DNA of 63,915 nucleotides, counting the filler, from Aduncisulcus paluster (taxonomy: Eukaryota): the NCBI GenBank assembly GCA_024181965.1. It is 10 parts of 10 records of this genome, joined end to end, with 100 filler letters (N's around TTAATTAATTAA, not from the genome) between each part and the next. Parts side by side here need not be neighbours in the genome. Positions count along the whole stretch, not along the records: positions 1 to 4,382 come from BQXS01010057.1; positions 4,483 to 11,525 come from BQXS01010058.1; 8 more parts are not named here. One strand, 5' to 3'. The notes beneath the pieces are model-generated. The model saw only the letters and a program-made list of their open reading frames with translations. It did not search any database and was not told the origin of the DNA. The position numbers and the translations under genes were made by a program. Of this stretch, positions 1 to 9,338 are shown piece by piece; position 1 is the stretch's first letter, and each line of letters starts with the position of its first letter.

Positions 1-642
1 CAAATAGATCCTGCTGTTGTTCTTGATCGTGGCAGTGGCAGTTCTGTTTTACGGGAACATCAATCACCCCAATCTTTTCCCATAGATATTTCACATGATA
101 CCCATGAAGCTTCACTCAATACTGCACCTCAAGGAATTGGGACAGAGCCATCTTCAACTTCCAGTAGAACTATTCCTTTCCCTGCGGCTCAAGCTATTCC
201 TGCCTTCCATCCACACTCTCAACAAAATGATACAACTCATTCTCAGGGTCCTATTTTTAGATACAGTTCCCAACCCATACCTTTTTCCCCATCCCCTGAT
301 ATGCCATTCTCTCTTCCGGCAATGTACATGCCATTCCCTTCGCCTATTCCACCCTCATCAATGCATTTCAACCCCCATGCCCAGATGCCTATGCCTTCCC
401 ATCACAGTCGTGCCACTCCTCCTCAACATGTGCCATCACACACCCCTCTCTCTCCTCCCATTCGTTCATCCACTTCCTTGGTCCCTCCATCACATCATCC
501 TTCCTCTGGCTCTTCTGCTTCTCAGCATGGATTTGTTCAGTGTATGGTTGACCATTCTTTGGACACAGCGTTGTCAGGGCACACAGTAGCAACGCAAGGA
601 CATCCTCATGCTGTTCCTATTCTTCCCATGCCAAGCACAATC

Positions 643-677
<35 letters not shown>

Positions 678-1026
678 CTCTTCTTCCTCTTCCTCTTCTT
701 CCTCTTCTGCCTCTGGACATTCATATGGTTGTCAGGGTATTATTCCTCTTTCATCTCCACCACATCACCCTCACATCGATGAAAGCATTGACTCTTCATC
801 TCCCGATGAGGATTTTACTTTTCCACCCGACTGTTTCAGCAATCAGCATCACCAACAGGTTGAACATGTGGACTTTTCATTACCTCCAGGAATATATCCT
901 GAAGGAACCGTTGAAGAAGAGGAGAGAAGCCATCAATCTTCTCTATTTTCATCAAGATCGAGAAGAAATCCGTCAGGAGAGCATCATGTTCACAATAACA
1001 TGTTTTTTGAAGTGTGGGGACAGTAA
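1..1026 (+). CDS. Hypothetical Ser/Pro/His-rich protein, 5'-partial
   Basis: The frame of ORF 301..1026 is open back to base 1. It has a poly-Ser (TCT/TCC) tract at about 641-712, ends in TAA and is followed by an AT-rich spacer. Confidence 0.7.
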
Positions 1027-1348
1027 AAATAAATTCAATAATTTGTGTAGAGAAATACAGCTCCGACATATAAAGAAAGCAAAGATATAACAATAAAATA
1101 TTTATAATACCATATTATAAGTTCTATATCCCCAATATGGAAGCCAAAAGGATGATTTTGGCTCGATCTATTTTGTCTTCGTCATATAATGGATTTTGTA
1201 GACTTCAAAAATAATATAAATACATAATATTAAGATATAATATTTTTTCAGGAGGAATTAATTCCTAATTAGATGTTGTTGACTGGGTTAGAGGAGTTTG
1301 TCACTTTTTGCTGTATCTAAAGCTATAAAGAATTCATAACTATTAAAA

Positions 1349-2101
1349 ATGGATGATCTTTACAGAATAGTTTTTATAGGAGACAGTGGTGGGGGAAAAA
1401 CATGTTTGATTCGACGGTATATCGAAAATGACTATTATGCAGGAACAGAGACAACTATTGGCGCGGACTTTTTTCCAAAAACGGTGAATATTCACGGTCG
1501 CCCTGCAAAATTTGCAATTTGGGATACTTCTTATCAGAGGGAATATCCAGTGTTGACTCGTATGTATGTAAGGGATGCTTCTGTTGTGATTATTGTGTTT
1601 GATATTACAGAATCTTTTGAATACACAAAGAAAGTATTTGAACTTGTTATGAAGGAAGCACTGAAAAATCCAATCGTAGCATTTGTTGGAAACAAACTGG
1701 ATTGTGCTGTTGAATCTCGAAAAGTTGATAAATCGACTGCTGAGGCGTTTGCAACTGAAAAGAACATTTTGTATTTTGAGACAAGTGCCTTAACTGGAGA
1801 AGGAGTGAAGGAAATGGTTTCTATAATTTCTGAGAAATGTGTTATGAGAGAGCACATGTTACATTCACTTGATTCTTCAAACAAACACTTATTTCCTTTT
1901 GAGTCTTTCATATGTGATCCCTCAGAAAAGTATTATTTTGCACCCTTTCTTGATGATTATCCCCTTTGTGATATTGACACCTCTCGAGTTGAATCGACAG
2001 AAGGGTATAGCCAGAGCAAATTAGTGAAGTTCTTTCAGGGCAAGACAAGTTTATCATTAACTCCTGATCTGGGAGATGTAAACTTCATAAATAATGAGTG
2101 A
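1349..2101 (+). CDS. Rab-like small GTPase with C-terminal extension, no prenylation motif
   Basis: G1 GDSGGGKT, G2 TIGADF, G3 WDTSYQ (variant), G4 GNKLD, G5 ETSAL. The protein ends FINNE with no CC/CxC/CAAX. Confidence 0.9.
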   Translation: MDDLYRIVFIGDSGGGKTCLIRRYIENDYYAGTETTIGADFFPKTVNIHGRPAKFAIWDTSYQREYPVLTRMYVRDASVVIIVFDITESFEYTKKVFELVMKEALKNPIVAFVGNKLDCAVESRKVDKSTAEAFATEKNILYFETSALTGEGVKEMVSIISEKCVMREHMLHSLDSSNKHLFPFESFICDPSEKYYFAPFLDDYPLCDIDTSRVESTEGYSQSKLVKFFQGKTSLSLTPDLGDVNFINNE

Positions 2102-2238
2102 AAAATATATTAAGATAAGATTTTTATCTTAATGGAATTGATTCGGCAATAGCTGTCATTACCTGGCTTCGAGTGATTTATGTTTCTTGGCAAGATTAAA
2201 TATATACAAGGAATTTAAAGGACGAATATTGGTAATAT

Positions 2239-4382
2239 ATGGATAATGTATTCAATATAACGTTTGTAGGAGGAGTGGAAGTTGGGAAATCATGTTTACT
2301 CAATCGTATTTTTAACAACACAACATATGGTCTTCGAGACAAATATCAAGTTGATGTTTTGGAGGTTCTGTATAGTAAGAAGTATAAAATATATGGTTAT
2401 GCTACTACATTTACAGTATTGGATACTTCTGGGCTGGAGACATTTGAAGCACATACTCAAGCGTGTTTCAGGATGTCTAGCGCTATTATTATTATATTTA
2501 ACGTCACTAGTGTGAAGTCTTATGATGAATTGAAGGAATATTTTACACTTGTAAAGAAAACAAAAGATATTAATCCGATTATTGCACTTGTTGGTAATTA
2601 TCAATTTTATGATCATGGTAATTATGAATTGGCTCTTGCTGTTGCACAACTTGAACCTGAAATTAAAAGATTTGCTTCAGAAAATGGAGTTTTGTATTTT
2701 AAAGCAAATTCAAAGACCGGAGTAGGGGTTGAGGAAATGTTCTCACAAATAGCTGAGACTTGTTTCATGAACAGGCATCATTTGATTCATCATGACTCTT
2801 CACACAAATACACATTGCCCATTCTTGATGAATCTTGTTTGGATGATTTCCCTCTCTGTGATATTGACCCCTCTCGAGTTGAATCGACAGAAGGGTATAG
2901 CCAGAGCAAATTAGTGAAGTTCTTTCAGGGCAAGANNNNNNNNNNNNNNNNNNNNACAACTTGAACCTGAAATTAAAAGATTTGCTTCAGAAAATGGAGT
3001 TTTGTATTTTAAAGCAAATTCAAAGACCGGAGTAGGGGTTGAGGAAATGTTCTCACAAATAGCTGAGACTTGTTTCATGAACAGGCATCATTTGATTCAT
3101 CATGACTCTTCACACAAATACACATTGCCCATTCTTGATGAATCTTGTTTGGATGATTTCCCTCTCTGTGATATTGACCCCTCTCGAGTTGAATCGACAG
3201 AAGGGTATAGCCAGAGCAAATTAGTGAAGTTCTTTCAGGGCAAGACAAGTTTATCATTAACTCCTGATCAGGGTGATGTTAATCTACGAATTCCTTTTAA
3301 AGCACCCCATATTATCAGTCATTTCTATATAAGTAGTCAGAATATTCCAAGTAGTATAAAGAGGTTCAAAATGCATTTTACAACTGTTGAGCAAAGAATA
3401 ATTATCAAAGAATTTTCCATATCCTCTGATATTCCTTCAAAACATTACTTCTGGGAAAAGTTCATTATTGGGATTTCTGTTCCAATTAAAGCATGTTATC
3501 TTGAAGTCCTCTCTCCAGATGGAGATGATAAACAACCAAAAGTGCAATTGCATGCCATTCGATTTGTTATCGATCGAAAAATGGAGAAGCAGAAAGCTGA
3601 AGAGAAACTTGCTAAGATTGAGAAACTTCGTGTTGAAGGTGAAGCCAGACGAGCTGCAGAAGTGAAAGAGGAGCGACGAGTTGAGATCAATGAATTGTTG
3701 AGTGATTTCATCTCTTCCACCAAACAGACTCTGAATGCTTTGAGAGATGATCTTGATGCAACAAAGAAAGAATTAGCGCACACAAAGGCTGAGCTTGAGG
3801 CCGAGAAGACACTTCGAATTCAAGAGAACGAAGAGTTTGAGAAGCAGCTTGAGTTGAAACAAGCCCAGATGGACTCTTTGTCAAGGGAACTGTCGATGCA
3901 TCAACAAACGTCTGAGACGAAACGATTGATTCTTTTCCGTGACATTCGATCTCTGCAACGTGAGCTGTCATGTGTCTCTGCTCGTGTGTCTGGACAGCCA
4001 CCAGAGCTATGTGCAAGTGTGACAAAGACTCATGCTGACACTGTTTCCCGTCGTGTGAGTGTTCTGTCTCCTTTGAGTGAGTATGTTTCTGTGAGTTGTG
4101 ATGTGGACACGATGAGTTCCACATTGATGACAAGCGTTCCATGTTCACTGTGGCACAATGCATTGTCTGATGATGGCACACTCTCTCACAATGCCATGAT
4201 GATGCTTGGGCTCGTGAGTCTGTTCCGAGCTTTGCATGATGGGTGTGATGATGCTTTGAGTGATGATGCTTTGAGTGATGATGCTTTGAGTGATGGTCAT
4301 CTCCATGATACTGACATGAACAATGGTCTTCGCAAGTGCACCATGCATGAGAGTATTCGTCAAGTGACATGCAAGATGAGTG
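2239..4382 (+). CDS. Divergent Rab-like GTPase fused to a beta-sandwich domain and a coiled coil; join 2239-2935 + 3246-4382, 3'-partial
   Basis: G1 GGVEVGKS, G3 LDTSGLE, degenerate G4 GNYQF. Bases 2956-3245 duplicate 2646-2935 across a 20-N gap, so track ORFs 2239 and 3002 are one gene of at least 611 aa. K/E-rich heptads at about 3575-3990. Confidence 0.8.
4247..4294 (+). repeat. 15-bp coding tandem repeat GATGATGCTTTGAGT x3 (DDALS)
   Basis: Directly visible in the sequence. Confidence 0.9.
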
Positions 4383-4482
4383 NNNNNNNNNNNNNNNNNN
4401 NNNNNNNNNNNNNNNNNNNNNNNNNNTTAATTAATTAANNNNNNNNNNNNNNNNNNNNNNNNNNNNNNNNNNNNNNNNNNNN
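4383..4482. other. Artificial contig linker N44-TTAATTAATTAA-N44 (also 11526-11625, 17287-17386, 22074-22173, 29749-29848, 39030-39129, 45440-45539, 57407-57506, 62052-62151)
   Basis: Identical 100-bp construct occurs nine times. TTAATTAATTAA puts stop codons in all six frames. Confidence 0.98.
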
Positions 4483-4592
4483 CATTAGAAGGATTAATTC
4501 GAAACAAAAAAAAGGCTATCACGGACAGTGTTAAAATAACAATTCGTTATATAATTCATCAATATATCGATTTCAACACAATTTCACCACTT

Positions 4593-5294
4593 TTACATAA
4601 AATTATCATCAAAATCATCAGGTTCCATCTCACATTCCTTAGGTCCATCAGAAGTAACCCCAAAATCAAATAAAACATCGTAATCTCTTGCCTTTTTATC
4701 TTCTAACGCCTTCTTTCTCTTTTCTCTATCCTCCTTTTCCTGTTTTTTGGCAGCTTCCTTTACCTTTTTCCTCTCTTCACGATCACGATCTTTTCTCTGT
4801 TTTTCAAAGTCGACAGTGAGATCGTCAGTCATTGTTTTATATATTTTTGCAAGGAATGGCCGATCTCTAGCAACGTTTTTAACCAATTCGACATGTTTTC
4901 TATTTTTAAAAGAGACTGTTCCATCATCCATGGTCTTGGTTTTCATTAAGTTAGCCCAAGGAGTGTAGATAATATCAACAGCTGGTTCTTTCTTACCTTT
5001 AATTGAACGATCTTTGACAATTTGACAACATTCATCAACTATTTTCTGTGGAATATCTTTGTACGATTGACCAGGATTGGGAAGTCGAAGATAAACATGG
5101 GCGGAAGAAAATTTATCTACATGGAACCAAACATCTTCAGGCCATCCCCATTTGATCATGTGCTCATTTTCAAACTATAAAACATATAAGAATTGAAGAT
5201 CGATTAAAATTAATCATAAATCAAGACATACTTTATCTCTTCCACAATATATTACATATTTAGGATCAGAAAGACAGGTAAAATAAAAAACCAT
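4593..5294 (-). CDS. CCDC25: CCDC25/Jlp2 (NFACT-R, DUF814) protein; exon 1 5294-5232, intron 5231-5175, exon 2 5174-4593
   Basis: Spliced product reads MVFYFTCLSDPKYVIYCGRDK|FENEHMIKWGWPEDVWFHVDKFSSAHVYLRL...IIYTPWANLMKT. The 57-nt intron is GTATGT...TAG, phase 0. Confidence 0.95.
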
Positions 5295-5605
5295 TATTTG
5301 ATTTACACCAAAAAATGAAATTATTTTGTTATTTGCCGCCATTCAAATGGTACAAAGCTATAAGTCCTGAAAATATAAATTCTAGTACTTTTTGGTGGAT
5401 ATATTACCTTCGATTTAATTCCTTAGTTTTTTCATGGTGTCATTTGACCAAATCAGCTATAGGGCTTGATTGGCAACAGTATTTGCCAAATAAATTCGCT
5501 ATATTCATAATAATATACAATTAAAATTTAAAAAAGTTGTTATTAGGGAGTATCAACCTCTGCCAACTCGAATGAATTATTCCGAAATTCTTTGACTGAA
5601 TATAA

Positions 5606-7606
5606 ATGATATTTCATAATTCTTCCTTGATTTTTTTGATTATTATCGCTTCTATTTTCATTGGCACCTATGCTGAGGATTGTTGGCTTGCTTCTACCGG
5701 GAGCAAACAAATCATCGAAACTATGATGGATGCCGCTTGTTCTGACAACATTCTCTCGTTCTTAACATGCCCCGGAGGTTCTGACGTATCTCAATTGTTT
5801 GATATTGATGTAGATTTCCATTATTATTTTCTTGATTCTTCTGAAAAACAAGATAAAGATTATCTCTGTCCATCTTTGAAGGGAAAGAAGTCTTGCTGTA
5901 GTGCTGAAACTTATGACTCATTTGAGAAGAACTTTGATCAGTTCCGTACTCTTTTTGTTGAGACACTTTCTGAAATTCCCGAGATGGCCGATTCTTTACT
6001 CGATTTATTAACTTGTGATGGAATTGACAATTTCCTTAGTGATTTGGGAATTGATGTTAAAGTAAGTTCATACATTAGTTGTGGAAGTTACGATGACATT
6101 GTCCTTCAAATCAAAGAAACTCTCCAAAGTTGGTATTTATATGCCACCGCTGATATTGCCAATGGATCCCTTGCTTATGCCAGTGGTTTCTTATGTTTGG
6201 CCTGTGATCCCGATGCTTCTGACTTTTTGGTTGGGGAAGGATTCAGTGTCACTCCATCCACTGCCGAGCTACTCTACAAGGCCCTTATTAGTGTAAATGA
6301 AGTTCATTATCACCTCATTAATCTTATTTTGACAGCTATTGGTAAAGCGGCATCTGCTTATGTGCCTGAAGGTATCATTAACATTGCTGTTGCCCTTTTG
6401 TCTGATCTTGCCACCCATTCGGACAGTGACATTGAAGAGTATGTTCTTAATGATCTTCCCCTGAGTGCCATGGGCATGGATACCTTCATTAGTGCCATCT
6501 TCGAGCTCCTTGTCATTGGAACTCTCAAGGACGATCAGCCTGTCTATTCCCAACTCTACAAGCAGAGTCCTCTCGCTTCTGCCGGCATTGTCCAACGTTT
6601 GAGGAAGCAAGGCTTTTCCTATGATAATGAAATCAAGATGTTCACTCACGATGGTGAATCTGATAGTTCCTTATCTGTGGAAGAGCTCTTGTCATCCGAC
6701 ATTCCTGTTGTGTCCAATATCGCCATGCCACCCATGATTACCCTTGAATCAGCCTTCAAGACCATCCTTCCCGTTCTTTTCGAGGATATTGTGTTCCCTG
6801 AAGAAGAAGAGGAAGAATCCCTTGTTGATCTCAGCATGTCCATGGAGGATCGCCTCAATCCTTTCGGTTACATTGCTTCTGTGAAATCAACAAGCCAAAA
6901 TTCATACTCCTCAGAAGGATTTGATGTCCCTGCCGCTGCTGAGGCGTCTCCTCTTGGAGGTATTGACAATGATGGGTGCTTGCCAGGTGAAATCTGCAAA
7001 ACGACCAATTGGTATCTGATAGGTGGTATTGGTGTGGTTGCGGTCATTGTGATGATAACTGTCATCATCTGCTGTGTAAGAAAGAATATGGGAGGGAAAG
7101 GTAGTAGTCGTGGAGGTGCCTATCGTGCCTCCCACGTATACTCAAGCTCTGTCTCCAAGAAGGAGAGCAAGTCTGGGTGTTGTACCAAAGATCCACATGC
7201 TTCAACCAGTCGTTCTGCCATGAGTGGACCCACCATGACAAACCGTGGTTATGACAGGTCTTCTTATGGTATTCCACAGAGAAGTATGCGTCCAAGGCCT
7301 TCTCCTATCCGTGGATCCTCTCGTTCTGCTTTCCCCACCCCCACTGCCTTTTCCTCTTCTGCTCCAAGCAATCGTTCTTCAAGGCAGGCCCATACTCTTC
7401 CCATGTCCCAGCCGCCCAGCAGATCCTTCAGTTCTTCTCGTCAGTACACCAGTCAAGGATATTCCACCAGTCAAGGATATTCCAGGACTCCAAGTGCTCA
7501 CGTTGGTACAAGATCATCCCTCCATGTCTCAAGATCACATGCTCCTCCCATTCCTTCTTCAAGACCTCCTCAAAGACCAAAATCAAGGCCCCCTATGAGG
7601 AAGTAG
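5606..7606 (+). CDS. Type I membrane protein: signal peptide, Cys-rich ectodomain (possibly folate-receptor/NPC1-N-like), one TM helix, Ser/Pro/Arg-rich tail
   Basis: Hydrophobic N-terminus LIFLIIIASIFIGTYA. CPSLKGKKSCCS and CLACDP motifs. TM segment WYLIGGIGVVAVIVMITVIICCV followed by RK. The domain family call is tentative. Confidence 0.75.
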   Translation: MIFHNSSLIFLIIIASIFIGTYAEDCWLASTGSKQIIETMMDAACSDNILSFLTCPGGSDVSQLFDIDVDFHYYFLDSSEKQDKDYLCPSLKGKKSCCSAETYDSFEKNFDQFRTLFVETLSEIPEMADSLLDLLTCDGIDNFLSDLGIDVKVSSYISCGSYDDIVLQIKETLQSWYLYATADIANGSLAYASGFLCLACDPDASDFLVGEGFSVTPSTAELLYKALISVNEVHYHLINLILTAIGKAASAYVPEGIINIAVALLSDLATHSDSDIEEYVLNDLPLSAMGMDTFISAIFELLVIGTLKDDQPVYSQLYKQSPLASAGIVQRLRKQGFSYDNEIKMFTHDGESDSSLSVEELLSSDIPVVSNIAMPPMITLESAFKTILPVLFEDIVFPEEEEEESLVDLSMSMEDRLNPFGYIASVKSTSQNSYSSEGFDVPAAAEASPLGGIDNDGCLPGEICKTTNWYLIGGIGVVAVIVMITVIICCVRKNMGGKGSSRGGAYRASHVYSSSVSKKESKSGCCTKDPHASTSRSAMSGPTMTNRGYDRSSYGIPQRSMRPRPSPIRGSSRSAFPTPTAFSSSAPSNRSSRQAHTLPMSQPPSRSFSSSRQYTSQGYSTSQGYSRTPSAHVGTRSSLHVSRSHAPPIPSSRPPQRPKSRPPMRK

Positions 7607-8150
7607 TAAGATGATTTAATGCTGTTTTTTGCCATTAAATACCTTTTGGAGTGAGTATTGTTGTATTTTTTCTATAATCTGCTGAATATTTTTTTTTCTA
7701 TCTATTTAATTTGAGGTATTTTCTTGTTATTTCTATTTCTTTTGGAACTTGGCTTCGTTTTTCAGGTTGTTTTTCAAAGTCGTCTACATCAGACAAGATC
7801 CTTGTCATTTCAACGACTTTTTTCACTATCAATAAATTTCGCAACAATTAATAATTTTTTTTTTCTTTGAACTTTCCTGAACTTGTTGTTTTAAGGAAGT
7901 GGCTAGAAACGAATATTCAAATCCGAAGAAATCTATCTCAAAGGGAGAAAGAGATAGAATAATTATAATACATTAAAAAAATATGAGGTATCCCGTATTA
8001 ATTATTTCTGATATCAAATATCCAATTAATGAAGTATTGTTGACTAAAATGATTCGCTGATCAAAAAATGTCATTTTGCTGCAAGCTGTCGAAATTTGAA
8101 CTTTTTTGATTTACTCTCTTTATTTTTGCTTCTCTGAACTTCATCAATTC

Positions 8151-9338
8151 ATGACTCTTTTCGTTCATAATATTCCTACTTCTGTCAACAATTCCTATAT
8201 ACGGGCTATGGCTTCAAATTATGGGACTTTGATCAATTTACAACGTAAACCGGGTGCCAAGTATGTATTTCTCGATTTCAGTTCCGAAGAAGAAGAGAAA
8301 TGTGCTCTTAGGGGATTCCATCATTTCCGATTGAATGGTCATCTTTTGGGTGCCGAACCTGCCAAACGTTCCTTCATCGCCTCTCATAAAGGTTTCCATC
8401 GAAAGGAAAGGGATCAAATTGCTGCCAAAAAACGTGAAGAAAAGGTGTCTACAACATTCCCTAGTCAAGTTCCATCCTATGTAGGTTCTGGAGTTCCATA
8501 CCCTCAATATTATCCTTCACCTTCCCATGGCTACCCTGGTTATCCCGTTTATCCTGAATACTCAACATCTGCCCCCTACTATTATTATCCACCCTCCAGG
8601 GTTCCTCTTGTTTCTCCTCCCGTTCCATCACGTAAGTCATTTCAACCTTCTAAGTCTCCTGAGCAGTATTCCTCTTATGGTTTCCCTCTTCCTCCCAAAC
8701 CCATGTATGCTTCTGGACAAATGAGCCATCCTCTGGTATCCCCTCCTTCATTTCGTTCTGCTATCTCATCTCAAGAGCACTATGTTGCTCAAATGCCTCC
8801 TCAATATCCGAGGTCTGAGTTATCTCCTATTAAATCGCCAAAATACAAGGTCGGTGGTGCTTCTCAATCTTCTCCTCGTTTGCAATTCTCGAACCCGGCA
8901 AGCACTGAATTCACTGGCTCCGTTTCATCTTCCCTCTATTATTCCTTGGACGTTCCTCCCCTCTCGACCCGTAGTATTGACTCTGGGAGTTCCATCGAGG
9001 AAGCCACTGATTCTTACCATGAAGATAATGATTCGAGTCAGTTTGAGGCTCGTAGTTATGAAGATCAAATTCATGCATCACATCATCAATTCTCCGGATT
9101 TCAACTTCAACCTTTTGGCGATGTTGCCCGTAAATCTCACATGGAAAGCTCTGTTCCACTTCAACCCGACTCTCTTGGCTCTTATCCAAGTGAAAAGCCT
9201 CTTGTCGGTCCTTTGACTCAATATTCAAGCACTGTCGATCACCCATTCGCTTCTTTTACCTCTTTTGGAGCTGGTGACGAGCAGCTTGGTTTGACAAAAT
9301 CTCAGCCAAATGTTGGGAAAGTGGATAACAGATGTTGA
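8151..9338 (+). CDS. RRM-domain RNA-binding protein with Pro/Tyr/Ser-rich low-complexity tail
   Basis: RNP2-like LFVHNIP, RNP1-like KYVFLDF, and LNGHLLGAEPAK. First in-frame ATG is at 8151. Confidence 0.85.
   Translation: MTLFVHNIPTSVNNSYIRAMASNYGTLINLQRKPGAKYVFLDFSSEEEEKCALRGFHHFRLNGHLLGAEPAKRSFIASHKGFHRKERDQIAAKKREEKVSTTFPSQVPSYVGSGVPYPQYYPSPSHGYPGYPVYPEYSTSAPYYYYPPSRVPLVSPPVPSRKSFQPSKSPEQYSSYGFPLPPKPMYASGQMSHPLVSPPSFRSAISSQEHYVAQMPPQYPRSELSPIKSPKYKVGGASQSSPRLQFSNPASTEFTGSVSSSLYYSLDVPPLSTRSIDSGSSIEEATDSYHEDNDSSQFEARSYEDQIHASHHQFSGFQLQPFGDVARKSHMESSVPLQPDSLGSYPSEKPLVGPLTQYSSTVDHPFASFTSFGAGDEQLGLTKSQPNVGKVDNRC

Noticed and set aside
2646-3245. Apparent direct repeats flanking 20-N gaps (also 32144-32755, 42445-43114, 49661-50332, 53357-53889)
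   Set aside because: Each 257-326 bp duplicate sits exactly across a 20-N gap, indicating unmerged contig overlaps rather than real duplications.
4427-4438. Recurrent palindrome TTAATTAATTAA (nine copies)
   Set aside because: It is always centred in a fixed N44/N44 block. It is an artificial six-frame-stop linker, not biology.
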